Assembly (NCBI GenBank): GCA_028534125.1
Contig: CM052816.1
Span: forward strand, 14,076,001-14,140,000
DNA: 64,000 nucleotides
Source: Lama glama
Taxonomy: Eukaryota
Reading direction: 5' to 3'
In this document: piece after piece, positions 1 to 12,096 of the stretch
Position numbering within the stretch: the stretch's first letter is position 1
Layout: every line of letters begins with the position of its first letter
Position numbers and translations under genes: made by a program
The notes under the pieces: generated by a model
What the model saw: only the letters and a program-made list of their open reading frames with translations
Databases searched by the model: none
What the model was told of the DNA's origin: nothing

Positions 1-585
1 GCAATAGAGTTATCATATGATCCAACAATCCCTCTCCTGGGCATATATCCACAACCTAAGTGTCCATTGACAGATGACTAAATAAACAAGTTGTGGTATA
101 TTTATACAATGGACTACTACTCAACCAGAAAAATGAATAAAACAGTGCCATTTGCAGCAACACGGATGATCCTGGATTTCATCATTCTAAGTGAGGTAAG
201 CCAGAGAAAGAAAGAAAAATACTGTATGGTATCATTCACACGTGGAATCTAAAAAAAGAAAAAAGAAGACACTAATGAACTTACCTATAAAACAGAAACA
301 GACTCACAGACATAGTAAACAAACTTATGGTTACAGGGGTAGGGGGAAGAGGGTGGGAAGGGATACATCAGGAGTTTGAGATTTACAAATATTAACTACT
401 ATATATAAAATAAACAACAAATTTCTTCTGTCTAGCACAAGGAACTATATTCAATATCTATAATGAAAAAGAATATGAAAACAAACATATATATGTATAG
501 GTATGACTCAAACATTACCCTATACACCAGAAATTAACACACTGTAAACTGACTATACTTCAATTAAAAAAAAACTATAAAAAAA
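1..585 (+). mobile_element. Young (artiodactyl/camelid-type) LINE-1 3' end: ORF2 C-terminus remnant, 3'UTR and A-tail, cut by the window edge
   Basis: L1 motifs 'atatgatccaacaatccctctcctgggcatatatcc', 'ccatttgcagcaacacggatg', ending 'ctgactatacttcaattaaaaaaaaaa'; appears to lack the segment normally between 'gggcatatatcc' and 'aacctaagtgtcc'. Confidence 0.9.
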
Positions 586-857
586 GTTACAGGATAGAAA
601 GTCAAAGTAGTTAACTATAGTAATCCATTATGTTTCTATATACCAGCAATAAGCAATTAGAACTTTAAATGTAAAATAATGCCATTTACAACAGCCTTTT
701 TAAAGTTTAAAATCCTTACAGATAAATGTAACTAAAGACATACGTGGCCTGTACACTGAAAACTACAAACCGCTGCTCTGAGAAAAAAATGCAGCCCTAA
801 CTCAACAGAGAGGTCTATCACATTCACAGATTGGAAGATTCACTATTTTTAAGTTGA
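586..857 (+). mobile_element. Old L1M ORF2 fragment
   Basis: 'tttctatataccagcaat', 'atgccatttacaacagc', 'tacactgaaaactacaaa', 'gattggaagattcactatt' are degraded L1 ORF2 motifs. Confidence 0.75.
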
Positions 858-884
858 ATCCATAAATAACTCCTCTGTATGTGT

Positions 885-2200
885 TTATTAATTCACTTGG
901 ATATGTTTTAATATCTCTTATTTACCAGACAATGTTCTATTTGCCAAAGATACAGCAGTGAGGAAGATAAAAACCCCTGTCCCCACAGAGCTTACATTTT
1001 AGCCGGGAAAGACAAAATAAACAAGCAAAATTTGTACTCCATAGGGTGATAAGCGCTAGGAAGGAAAACAATGCAGGGCAAGAGGTGAGGAATGACCTAG
1101 GAGAAAGAAATGAAGATTCGGATGGGGTGGAGACACCTTAACAAAGGCCTGATAAAAGTGTGGAAGTGAGGCTTATGGTGGGGGCAGGGGGTACTCCAGG
1201 CAGAGGAAATTAAATGCGAGGCAGAACAAGCCTAGAATGTTCTACAACAAGAAGCATGGCAGAACCATGGCTGGGGCGGAGTGAGCAAGGGGAGGGTGAT
1301 AGTAGATGAGGTCAGAGACGCAGCAAACGGTCAGTTCTGGTAGGGCTTTGGAGGCCATGGTCATCTTTAAAGACTTGGGCTTTTACTCTGGGCAATCTGT
1401 GCAGGGCTGAAGGATTCTGAGCGGAGTGACATGACATGACCCCATCATACTGCAGAAGGAGCCTTGCGGCTGCCATATTGAGAAAGGCCGGGTCCGGAGC
1501 AGAAGCAGCGAGGGGCTGGTCACCGTGATCCAGGCAGGAGAGCACTGTCCTAGATCAAGGGTGGCGATGGAGGTGAGGGAAGTAAATCGACTCCAGACCA
1601 ACTCTGAAGGCAGAATGGACAGGATCGGCTGACCCACTGAGAGGACTGGGGAGAGGGCTCAAGGTTGACTCTAAAGCTTGTGGCTCCAATACGGTGAGGA
1701 ATAATTACTTCCCAAGGTGGGGGAAGACTGTCGGAAGAACAAACTTATGGGGGGAGAAGCAAACAAAACTGCTTTGGGCCTCGTTAATCCTAAGGTGCCT
1801 ACTGGGTGTTGGAGTGGGATGCTGAGTAAGGAGGTAGCTGGGTATGTGAGTCTGACACCGAGGAGCCAGGTCTGAGCTGGAGGTGGTCCACTGAGAGACA
1901 GTATCCAGAGCTAGGGCTGAAGACCACCTAGACAGTGAGGGAAGACGCAACAGTCCCAGGACGAAAGCCTGGGACCCTCCACAGGTGCGGCTTGAAGGAA
2001 GAAGAGGATCAAGAAGGGAGCCTGGGAAGGAGCTGCTGGTGTTAGGAAGGACACCAGGAAAGTATGTGTCCTGGGAGTCATGCGGAAAAACTATTTCAAA
2101 GACAAGAGAATCATTAATTGTGCCAAACGCTGCTCACAGGCCCAATAAGATTAAGCTGGAAAAGTGAACATTGGAGTAGACAAGAGAGGCTAGAAGGCTA
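885..2200 (-). mobile_element. LINE-2 3' portion
   Basis: Reverse-complement L2 3' signature 'gatacagcagtgaggaagataaaacccctgtccccacagagcttacattttag' followed by the typical purine-rich L2 antisense body. Confidence 0.85.
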
Positions 2201-3084
2201 GGCAGCTGGGCTGTTTAGGGAGTTGTATGGCCCAGAGAAGGGGGGGGGGCAGGGCTCTCTCACTGCCCTCCCCTACCGGAAGTTTTCACCCCTTCCCTCC
2301 ACAGTTTCTCTCTCACCACCTCACCTTCGCACATGCTTTGCCCTTGACCTCAGCTCCCCAAGGAAGCCTTCCCAACCAGGCCAGATCCCTCCATGGCAGA
2401 CTCCCAGGGTACCAGGAACCTATCTCCTTCCCAGCAGAGGCGCTGGAGGATCCTCCTTTGGTGTATTTGACAGTGAGCAGCATCTTGGTCTACGTGCCTG
2501 CACTCCAGGGGCTTGGACTGTGCCCCATCACTCAGAGACTTACTCCCTGCAGCTTGCCTGGGTGCCTGGCCCCGAACAAGCAAGCACTCAACAAACAAGG
2601 AGGAGGCTGCGGGGAGACTTACAGGCACGAGTGTGATCAGGCAGAGCGGTAAAGATGAAACGTGCATTCAACACAGAAGGGGGAATGGAATCTGGCTTCC
2701 AAGGGAAGGCGGGAGAAAGCAGCATAAGAATAGGACAAGCCTTCCTTCAAGACGCAGGGCTGGACCAAGTCAGGCATCAGAGGTCGCTCTAAAGGCGCTG
2801 ACTGCTGGGACTGGAGGAGAGAGTGGAGGGCTCTGAGATCCTCTCTGCCTACTTGAGACTCTTATTTCGACAGAGCAGACAGCCGAGGTGAGCTCTGCAG
2901 TCAGAAGCTGGGAAGCCCATTTGGACATCACCACAGTGCGACAAATATCAAGGAAAGAGAGGCTTTGTTTGGGGGCGGAAATCCATCATCCACTGCTGCA
3001 AAATCAAAACCGGAACAAGTCAGTAGATAAAATGTTCACCTTTGAAGTAAGGATAATAACCTTATCAAGAGGCTATCATTTAAT

Positions 3085-3315
3085 CCTCAACTCCCAGACT
3101 GCCTTAGGTAAGATCACTCTCTCCGATCACCCTGGTTATTCCCTTCAAAGAATTTTATCACCATCCATAGTTATCTTGTTTGCATGTTTCTTTACTGCTT
3201 ATCATCTGCCCTCTCGGTGCAATTTAAGCTCCTCCAGGTAGGAATCTTGTCTGACCTCATGCTAGCTCAGCACCAGGCAGAGAATGCAGCAAGTATTCAT
3301 CCAGAGGATAAGAAA
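3085..3315 (+). mobile_element. LINE-2 3' fragment
   Basis: 'taagctcctccaggtaggaatcttgtctg...cagcaccaggcagagaatgcagcaagtatt' resembles the L2 terminus. Confidence 0.5.
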
Positions 3316-3644
3316 GCTTCATAGCTACCCTACAGATGAGGGCTCCTCCTCATCTGTCCATTTTTCCTACCTTAGTCTTTTAAACTGAGGCAGCCCCATG
3401 CAACCTTCCTGCTTTTCTAGTAGCAGAAGGCTGGTCTCGGCCCCAGCTCCTCTCTCCACGCAGCAAAATCTGTCCCTTCCCTCTTTAAAACCCAAGCACC
3501 CACTCCCTATCTGAATGAGCCCCTGCTCTCTCCCTGTCCCCGGCCCCTGCGGATGCCCTGGTTTCTACAGAGATGACTCCCCCTTGGGTGCGCCCAGCAA
3601 AACCACTCAACTGCCCTTTTTGGTCAAGTCTTCCACACCCCCGA

Positions 3645-4065
3645 CGTTAGCTCCCTAGGGCTGCCATCAGAGTACCACCAATGGGGTAGCTTAAAACAAC
3701 AAACGTAGTCTCACAGTTCTGGAGGCTTCAAGTCCAAGTCAAGGTGTCGGTCTCAGAGTCAGGCTCTCCCTAAAGGATCTAGGGAAGAAACTGTTCCTTG
3801 CCTTTCTCTTCGTTTCTGTTTGCCAACAACCCTCAACACTTCTTGACTGGCAGCTACGTGGCTCCAAACTCTGCCCCCATCTTCACGTGGCCTTTTTACT
3901 GCCTCTCCATCTCTTCTTCTAAGGACACCAGTCACAATGGATTAGGGACCCACCCCACTCCAGTATGACCTCATCTCAACCAGTGACATTTGCAAGGGCC
4001 GTACTTCCATGTGAGGTCACATTCTGAGGTACTGGTGGTCAGAACTTGCTGATCTTTTGGGGGGC
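3645..4065 (-). mobile_element. MaLR solo LTR (MLT1A/B/C-like)
   Basis: 'ttagctccctagggctgccatcagagtaccac', 'tctcacagttctggaggc', 'aaggacaccagtcacaatggattagggacccacc', 'gaggtcacattctgaggtactgg'. Confidence 0.85.
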
Positions 4066-5073
4066 TGGTCCCTCCTGTAGCTGCCCACAGCCTGTACCTC
4101 ACTCAGTGCCCTTGTCACATGCACTGTAATTACTTTTCAGTGAATTCTTTTTCCAACAGAGGTGACAAAGATTTTATCACATGGGCCAACTCAAATATAT
4201 AGTTAGGGAAAAAAATTCTTCAGTGGAAGCCTGCTGTCTGGGCTCCACAGGGGCAGAAGCTGTGGACTCCAATGGGCATGTGAAGCATGGGGGGCCCTTG
4301 GGACACTATAAGGTTGTGACAGTGCAAACTCTAATAAAGCTGGGGGAGACTTGGGATTCTATGTTTCTAACAGGTTCCCTGGGGCTGCTGATGCTGCTGC
4401 CGGCCCACAAAACAACCCGAAGGGCAAAGACTCAGTCTTACTCACGTTTGTACTCTATGCTGCACGGTCTGAAGTTGGGAGAATAAATGAATGTTAAAAT
4501 GCTGAAACCTACTTTAAAAACTAGAGCAACTGACCTCCTGCTATTTTCCTCATTCAGTTGCCTTCCTGGGCGGGCACCTGTCACCTCTTGGCCTGGAATG
4601 TTCTCCCAGTAGCCTGCCCTTGTGCTTAGGGAGGGCAGCTGTTCACCCCTGCATTCCAGAGGTCTCAACTGTGGACTGAGCTTTGTAGAGCTAAGGAAGT
4701 GCAGGTCCAAGGGGAGAGAAAGTTAATCTACTCTCCTGTCCGTCCTCTCAGGTCGCAGAGGCTTCCGGTGAGGAAATCCCATCTCTCTGCAAGCCTCAGA
4801 GGATGGCGGGGACGGGACCCAGCATGTCGTGAGGTTAGGGTGGTGATGCCATTTAGCGACCCTCGCCTCACTCGCAGAGCACTCTCGAAGCAGACTCAGA
4901 CAGCACTCCTGTCAATCAGCATCCTCCACCCCAGCCCTGCCAGGTGCAGCCCCTGGCCTGGGGCCCCTTCTCCACCAAGAGGGGGCAGAAGCTTCAGCAA
5001 GCAAAGGCTTGGTCCCAATTGCTCAGGAGGTCCATACAGGCCACCAGACGCTGTTTCTCACCTACGCCCACCT

Positions 5074-5098
5074 ACACACACACACACACACACACACA
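5074..5098. repeat. (AC)n microsatellite
   Basis: Perfect AC run read directly. Confidence 0.95.
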
Positions 5099-5984
5099 GC
5101 TGACAGGTCAAGTAAGAGTGACAGGCACATCTGGGATTTTTGAAGTTACATGGGTGGGGTTCTGGAACATTTCAGCTCTGCACTCCAATGGCTCATGTAC
5201 AAAATCCAGGAACAATGAGGGCAGGGTTACTTCAGGGGTCAACTGGACAGGACCCTGATTTCTTAAAGAAACATGTGTTAAATTCCACTCACGAGCTTTG
5301 CTTTTGCTAACAGGCCATGGCTGTGGCCGGGAAGACAGGGGGGTGTCTGTTTCGGGGGCTCCAAAAGTGGACCGGGCCGGCAGCTAAAGCTCCGAATGAA
5401 GGTGGAAGAGAAGGCAGTACAAGAGAGGGACTGACTGGGGCAGGGGTGCACATCTCTCTACTGATGGGACTTTAGCAAAATGTTATTTCCTGGATCTCCC
5501 CTACACACATGGCTTTTTCTCTTCACTGCAGTCCCGAGAGCTGGCTGAGAGTCATGGGTGGGCAGGCGGGAGAAGCACCGGAGGGTGGAGAAACCCATGA
5601 CTCCCCAGGCACCTTCACGAGGGAGCTGAGACACAGACAGCCAGGCGGCTGGAAGTCAGCAAACGCGGAAACCAGCAACCAGAGCAGAGCTGCAAAGAGC
5701 AACCAAGAAAATCTGCGTGTTTATGGCTACGGCCTGCAGCCCTGGGGGTGCGCAAGCACAGGACACAGCAGATGCGCCCCTATCCCGGCCTTACTGCTCT
5801 CTATTAAATGAGGAGTGGGGTGACATGCCCCTCTCCAGGTCCTCTCTAGCTCCGGCTCTGCAGTGTGGGGAAATGTCTGCTGTGTGGGCACACACATGCA
5901 CAGACGCATATAGACACATACCTACTTATATTCAGAGCCTCGGCCTGAACAACAAACCAGGAGAAATGCTGGGGAGCACGGAGG

Positions 5985-6130
5985 CTCAGAGAGTTGATCT
6001 TAGAACTGGAGGGGTTAAGTCCCAGCTCCGAAGCTCACTATAGCTGTGTGACCTCAAGCAGGTGACTTAAACCCTCTGATCTTCATCCTTTATCTGTTGA
6101 CATGGAGCTAATAATAGTGTTCACCTCTCT
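5985..6130 (+). mobile_element. MIR SINE
   Basis: Core 'tagctgtgtgacctcaagcaggtgacttaaaccctctg...ctaataatagt'. Confidence 0.75.
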
Positions 6131-6294
6131 GAGACCAGAGAGAGCCCCAAGCCTCCTACACTTAGAGACCATATTTAACAAAGTACTACTAAACTAGATT
6201 ATCAGGTATGACAGATTTTAAGTTTGTTTTTTTTGTTTTTGGGGTTTTTTTTTAGTTTTAACATTACTAACAAACATAGAACCTGAGTTCACAG

Positions 6295-6440
6295 GAAAGT
6301 CAATTTCCGGGTTTTGACAGTCAACTATGGTTATAGAAGGTATTCTGGCGGAAGCAGGGTGAAGGATACACAGGAATTCTCTACTATTTTCACAACTTCC
6401 TCTGAGTCAAACTTTTTCAAAATAACAAGTTGTTTTAAAA
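6295..6440 (+). mobile_element. Old L1 (L1MC/L1ME-like) 3' end fragment
   Basis: 'gggtgaaggatacacaggaattctctactattttcacaacttcctctgagtcaaactttttcaaaataa'. Confidence 0.7.
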
Positions 6441-6871
6441 ATTAACAAATGTAAAAACACCACTGCATCCATAACGTTATTTGAAAATAAGGTCAAAAAT
6501 CTGAAAGTGAAGTTTTACGTAAATGAGATACCCTGGAAAATCTACTCCTGATCCCCTCTAACTTTTCGCCTGCAAGAAACCCAGTTACTACGAGGATAAA
6601 ACTAGATAATACGCATGCAGCTCTTAGCACAGCACTGGGCTCAGAGACTCCATGTTCAATCTTTTTTTAATATAAAAACAACAATTACTACCCAAAACGG
6701 CCACATAGGAAAACAGAATTCCATTTTTACAACGTACAGATCACAATGTACCCATTTTTGAATAATGCTCTTGATGGAAGGTTGTTGACATCAAAAGGGG
6801 TTCATAATATATTAAGTGAAAAAAAGCAGGTTACAAGTCAGTATAGCTGGTTTTACCCTATTCTTTTCCAA

Positions 6872-7115
6872 GATAGTATAGTGAGTTGCTCAAAGCGTAG
6901 GCTATGTAACCAAGCACCTGGGTTTAAATTTCAGCTTGGCTACTTACCTATGGGATCTTACAGAAGGGACTGAACCATTCTGGGCCTTCTCAGCTTTCTT
7001 ATGGGGATTTAATAATAAAACCAAACACTGGATTGTCAAGTGATGAAGCGAGTCCTTGCATGTAAAGTGCTGGCCCGCAGTTACGTTCCAATGTTAGCCA
7101 TCATCAATTATTAGG
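6872..7115 (+). mobile_element. MIR SINE, flanked by old L1ME-like sequence
   Basis: 'cctgggtttaaatttcagcttggctacttacc', 'catgtaaagtgct', 'aatgttagccatcatc'. Confidence 0.7.
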
Positions 7116-7479
7116 TTTTACTTTACACTACTTTATACTCATTAGCAAAGAGTCTGGAAGAAAATACAAACACCAAAAACAGCAGCAGCAACCATATCCT
7201 GAATGACAAGACTGCCAACGACTTTTACCTTCTTATTTTTGCTGATATTCTCATTTTCCCACAATTAATATGTGTTAAAAAACCAACCTGAAGTTCTCAG
7301 GATAAAAACATTTTAAAAACGTTTTCTACACACATATTGTCTCCATTAACACCTGGGAAAAAAGGGAGAAAGAGTCTGTAACAAAAACATAAAACAGCAG
7401 ATCGTACCCTCATCTAAGGGACTTCTGAATCTTTTATCTCCAAGTAGCCAGTCGGGTGTTTCCCCCAGCCCAAAGCTCT

Positions 7480-8640
7480 CAAAAATAACGTTGCAGAACA
7501 CACCCACGTGGGTCAAAAACGTAATGGAGAGGTATTTTTAACCATGCACGTAATCCCACGTCCAAATATACCTCACACACATATGTACATATGACCAAAG
7601 AGGAGATTATAAATGCAGATTAAATCTAGCCACAGAAAGCTCTTTGGCGAGAAGCAACCAAAGGCACAAAGGGTGTTCTGTAGGTTCCCAACGCTATGGT
7701 TCCTATGCAGGTCCCAACCAGCAACACTTCGCACGGCCCAGCGCCAGCCTGCCTTCCAGAGCGGCTGCCTTCCCACACTGCCGCCCCCTCCCTCATGGGG
7801 CCCTGACGTCGAAGGACTGTGACAAGTCAACCCAGCATCCAGAGGCAGCCGGGCATCCTGTCCCCCCGCCTCCCTGGGGCTCGGTCGGCAGCAGGCAGCG
7901 GGGAGGTCTCGCTGCCCTGGACACGGGCGCTCCTGCCTCCCTCCACGGGCAGGGCCCTGGGCGAGCCGCTGCTGGAGAGCTGCCCCTGGTCCACTCGGCT
8001 TCGTTACATGAAAATAAAACCCCGGCCTGTTCTGGGTCTGCCCAGCACATTACTGGGAGGAAGCTATAAAAGCTGCCAACATGGGTTACCTCAAGCATTT
8101 TCCTTCTCAAATACGCTGGGAACGAGGCACTGCCTTTCCTCTTCTCCCCTCCATCCATCTTTTCGGAAAAGGCTTTCTGTGTCCCGGCGTGTGTTTATTG
8201 ACATCCCGGTCCTTGGCCGGTCCAGCTGTGCCAGAGCCGTTCTCCATCCACGCCATTCCAAGTGCCCCCGTTCCAACCCACTGCCCGTAACGCGCGCTTC
8301 CAGACCGCACGGCCCACTGGCTTCTCAAAGTCTGGCTCTGAAGCCAAATAAAAAGCTTTTCATTTACCCTCCAGTCTATGTGCAGCAGCTCAAAAGCCTT
8401 ATTTTCACGTCTTACGCAGCTCCCACCTGAATAAATTCGCTCTAAGTGCCACTTTTCCATTTGTGGATTATGAAGCAGCGAGGAGGGCTGCGGGACGGCT
8501 CGGCGGGATGCCACAGGCAGGCAGGGTTGCCAGGTGACCCCTCAGGGACCGAGATGACCGAGCGATGCCAGGACCCTTGGCAGTGCACACCACAGCCCTG
8601 GGAAGGGCAGAAACCATAGCAGCCCCTCACCTAAGCCACC
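7480..8640. promoter_or_regulatory. Repeat-free, CpG-enriched block; candidate alternative promoter or enhancer
   Basis: Visibly higher CG density than flanks; CACGTG at 7505-7510, further ACGTG cores, CRE-like TGACGTCG at 7804-7811; minus-strand donor-like sites at 8427 and 8416. Confidence 0.5.
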
Positions 8641-8916
8641 GAATGCAGCCAACCTCCTAGCTTTGTCCTAGCTGAAAGCATGGCCGTAACTGTCCTGCCT
8701 TCAAATCCCAGCTCGGCAGATTCCTGGGTGTGCATCCCTGGCACACGAGGCAGCCTGAGGGCTTATTCCCTTACCTATAAAATGGGGGCAACATCGTGGG
8801 AGGGGCTACTGTCATGACTGAATGGGGTGACGAAATGTTTCAAATTCCTACCACAATGACTAGCATACCGAAACCCCTGAGAGAGAGCACCCACTAACAC
8901 ACAAATTCATTTTTAA

Positions 8917-9057
8917 TTTTTTTTAATTTATTTTTTTATTCCTTGTTTTCAGGGGGAGGTAATTAAATGTATTTATTTATTTAATGGAGGTACCGGGGAT
9001 TGAACTCAGGACCTCCTGCATGCTAGGCACTCTGCCACTACAACTGTATCTTCTCCC
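8917..9057 (-). mobile_element. Vic-1-like tRNA-derived SINE (diverged copy)
   Basis: Reverse complement of the B-box region 'ggggattgaactcaggacctc', (TTTA)n linker, 'gggggaggtaatta' module and T-rich tail. Confidence 0.85.
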
Positions 9058-9067
9058 TTTTCGTATC

Positions 9068-9518
9068 TGTAACAAAGCAGGACCCTGTGGGGCTTTCCAG
9101 GGTCAGACCCCTCCCCCATATCCCCTGCTGTAGCTCCTCTAGGACATACCCAGGTAATAGTATCTCATGTATATTTCCTGAGTTTTTCAGATACTTAAAA
9201 CCATCATCAAATGACCGAGAGCACGTGGCCCCAGACCTTCTGGCATCTAGGGGTTGATAGCATTGACCGCGCCGTTCCCTCAACATCAACCAGTCACAGA
9301 ATTGTGCATGAGCTGATCATGTACCCTGTGACCTCCCCTCCCTTACCTGGCCTTTAAATATGCTTTGCTGAAACCCTTCAGGGAGTTTGGGGTTTCCTCG
9401 GGCATGAACCCCAACCTCTTTGCTTGGCTCTGCAATAAACCTCTCTGCTCCAAACTTCGATGTTTCAGTTTATTTGGTTTCATGGCGCGGTGGACACACA
9501 AACCTGCCTTCAGTAACA
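9068..9518 (+). mobile_element. ERV1-type solo LTR
   Basis: TG...CA termini (tgtaac...gtaaca), TATA-like 'cctttaaata' near 9351, AATAAA near 9434, ERV1-like R/U5 layout. Confidence 0.85.
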
Positions 9519-9814
9519 AATTCATTTTTAAATATGTGAAGCATGGACTTCATGCCAGGTGCTAGGTATAAGTAAAGTGCCGTGGTCCCCAGCCTAAAGG
9601 GCTCCCAGGGTGTGGGATGAAGAAACCAGCAGTCCTCACCCCGTGTTTGATCACTGCTGCAGCGGCTGCAGGCACATAACACAGACAGGGCAAGGAGAGC
9701 TAAACCTGCCTGGGAGATCTGGAAATTATGACTGTTTAAAATATTAAGGCCTGATGTCACCCGGTAGCTTCCACCTTGGCCGCATACTCCTCCTACTGCT
9801 CCCCCGACTCCTTG

Positions 9815-10125
9815 GGCCTTCTCACTCCTCGAGCTTCAGTCCCACCTCGGGGCCTCGGCCTGGAATGAGACCTCCCCCGCAACATTCTTGTGATTGGAGC
9901 CCTCACTTCATTAGGGTCTCTGCTTACGTAGCACCTTCCTGGTCACTCCAAAAGACTTCTGTCCCCTGACACTGCTTTACTGTTCTGCACTCCCCAATAC
10001 TGCCTTCAGGTCTCTTCACTTACAGGTTTTTTGGTCCAACTGACCCACTAGAAAGTGACCTCCGTGAGGGTGAGGGCTGTGTTTTGTTCATCACTGTGAT
10101 TTCTGAACCTACAGCAGTGCCGGAA
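9815..10125 (+). mobile_element. LINE-2 3' fragment
   Basis: 'cccactagaaagtgacctccgtgagggtgagggctgtgttttgttcatcactgtg...cagcagtgcc'. Confidence 0.75.
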
Positions 10126-10569
10126 TTGACAAGTTAATGAGCCACAGTTAGAAGCCAGGGACTCCTCTCACGAGCAGCACAGACTAAGGAGTTCGGTCCG
10201 TGCACATTCAGTCCTCACCACATCCCACTGGCCCTTCCTGTTGGGCCATCACCAGGAAGAGTGGAGCTGGACCACTCTGGGGAAGCCGTACCCAGTCCCC
10301 GTATCTCCTATCTTCCTTCCCAACTTCAGTCACTTTACTTCTGATAAACGGCTCCCAGGGGCACATCCCAAGACAAGAAAGTGAAGCCCAAGGTCTCTCC
10401 TATGTCTGAGAGATTTGTCCTCCACCATCTCTCCTCCCTGAGGATCAAAAAGGGCGCAACAAGCCCCCAGCAAGCCGCACGTAACCACAGCAGCCCCCAC
10501 TTCTTGGATGCTAACGTACGTACCTTCTCTCGTGTCCTCCCCACATTCTCCCTCATAGTTACAACTGCT

Positions 10570-10700
10570 ACATTTCAGACAGCGGGAATGAAGGGTCAGA
10601 GAAGTTAACTCACTTCTCATGCTCACACAACTAAGAAGTGGCAGAGCCAGGATTTGAACCCTGGTCCACCTGATTTCTAAGGCCATGCCATTACCCACAA
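10570..10700 (-). mobile_element. MIR SINE
   Basis: 'tcagagaagttaactcactt...aagtggcagagccaggatttgaaccc'. Confidence 0.8.
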
Positions 10701-10779
10701 TTCCCCTAGCACCTCTGCACTGCCTATATGGGTCCTCCCCTAGCTTAGGTCAGACTCCTTGGTTACTGAGTGTGCCTGG

Positions 10780-10935
10780 CAGAGCAGAGAGCATAGGCCA
10801 GAGAGACCTGGGCTCAGATCCCTACCTTGCCACTGCTCGTGTGTCTGGGCAGGTAGTCACCCTCTCAGAACCGCAATTTCACCCGCATGGTAGGGCGAGG
10901 GATGCCTACCTCAGAGGTGCCAGGGGCAATGGAGA
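10780..10935 (+). mobile_element. MIR SINE
   Basis: 'gacctgggctcagatccctaccttgccactg...tgggcaggtagtcaccctctcag'. Confidence 0.65.
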
Positions 10936-11204
10936 TACACGCTGGCCAGGACACAGCCAAGCCTGCACATTCAGTGAGAAGTCACCCTGGACAAGCTTCC
11001 ACTGGTCGCAGCTGGCCTGCCACTTCCCCAAGCTGGATCCTGCGCGTTGGCCACCACGGGCTGGGTCAGAGGCTCCCTCTCCCTCAAAGGAGAGCTGCCT
11101 CCAGGAGGCAGAAGACAAGGGCTCTCCCACCACCTAGTGAGTGCCCAACCCACCATAAATGCATGAGCTCCAATCTCTACCTGCATGTCAGCATCATCTA
11201 TGGA

Positions 11205-11365
11205 CAAATTATGTGATTTATTTAAGCCTCAGTTTACTCTTCTGTAAAACAGATGATCATTTACCTGCCTTCCACTGTTATTCAATGAGGTGAAGTATGT
11301 CAAAGGCTTCTAGCAGTACCTGACCCACGAGAAACACTCAATAAATGTTGGCTAATGATTGCATC
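11205..11365 (+). mobile_element. MIR SINE 3' half
   Basis: 'aagcctcagtttactcttctgtaaaa...acactcaataaatgttggcta'. Confidence 0.75.
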
Positions 11366-11614
11366 CTACTTTATAACCCAGGAGGGGTTATAAAGATGCT
11401 AGGAGGGCAACCAATTTGCTCCACATCTCACAGCTGGTTCAGGGATTTGAACCCAGCCTGCCAGACCCAGGCCACTTCCATGCCGACCTTCCAACACAGC
11501 CACTCAGTGATCAGCGCTGGACTCGGAAGAGAGACATGTTACGTTTAATTAAAGACTATAGCACGCCCCTTGGGGCATTAAATTCTGGTCCTGTTCACTG
11601 TTGTTGAGCTATTT

Positions 11615-12096
11615 TTCACCTACTGGCAAATTACATTTTACTGTTTACTTTGTTACCTCCCTGTAAATTGGCACAGGTCCTGTCACCCCGCACATTTTCT
11701 CAGTCCTTACCCAATTCTCCATTCTTCTTGTTTTCCTTTTTTCTCCCATCCTCCTGGCGTGGCCTCCCTGAAAACTACAATCTGACGGCCCAGTTCCTTA
11801 TGGGAAGTCCAACCTGGTGTGGGAGTCTTCCCCGCCTAGATCTCAAGAAACTTCACAAGTTGAAGCCGGACTACTATGTGATAAAAACTTCAAAGGACTC
11901 TTCACCACAACAGATCATGAGCTCCCTCATTTAAATGCCTTAGAGTTCGCACCATTCAGCAAACATCCTCCACTGCCAAGTCCAACAGATGGCTCTGCTG
12001 GTCCTTAACGAACAAATGGTGACTGGACCAGAAATGACCCTACATTGTTCTGAGGAACAAAGAATGTCTCTTCTGCCCTTGAACAAGACGAAAGAC
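11615..12096 (+). mobile_element. ERV1 internal 3' remnant (MER31-int-like) upstream of its LTR
   Basis: Directly abuts the MER31-like LTR through a purine-rich tract 'aagacgaaagac'; family assignment is inferred. Confidence 0.4.

Noticed and set aside
4970..4990. CTCF-like motif ccaagagggggcag (and a similar one near 34137-34151)
   Set aside because: Two mismatches in core positions, and such partial matches are frequent in GC-rich DNA
8625..8680. Tiny minus-strand exon (tttcag|...ttag|gtgagg)
   Set aside because: The acceptor has almost no polypyrimidine tract and borders a MIR; there is no independent support
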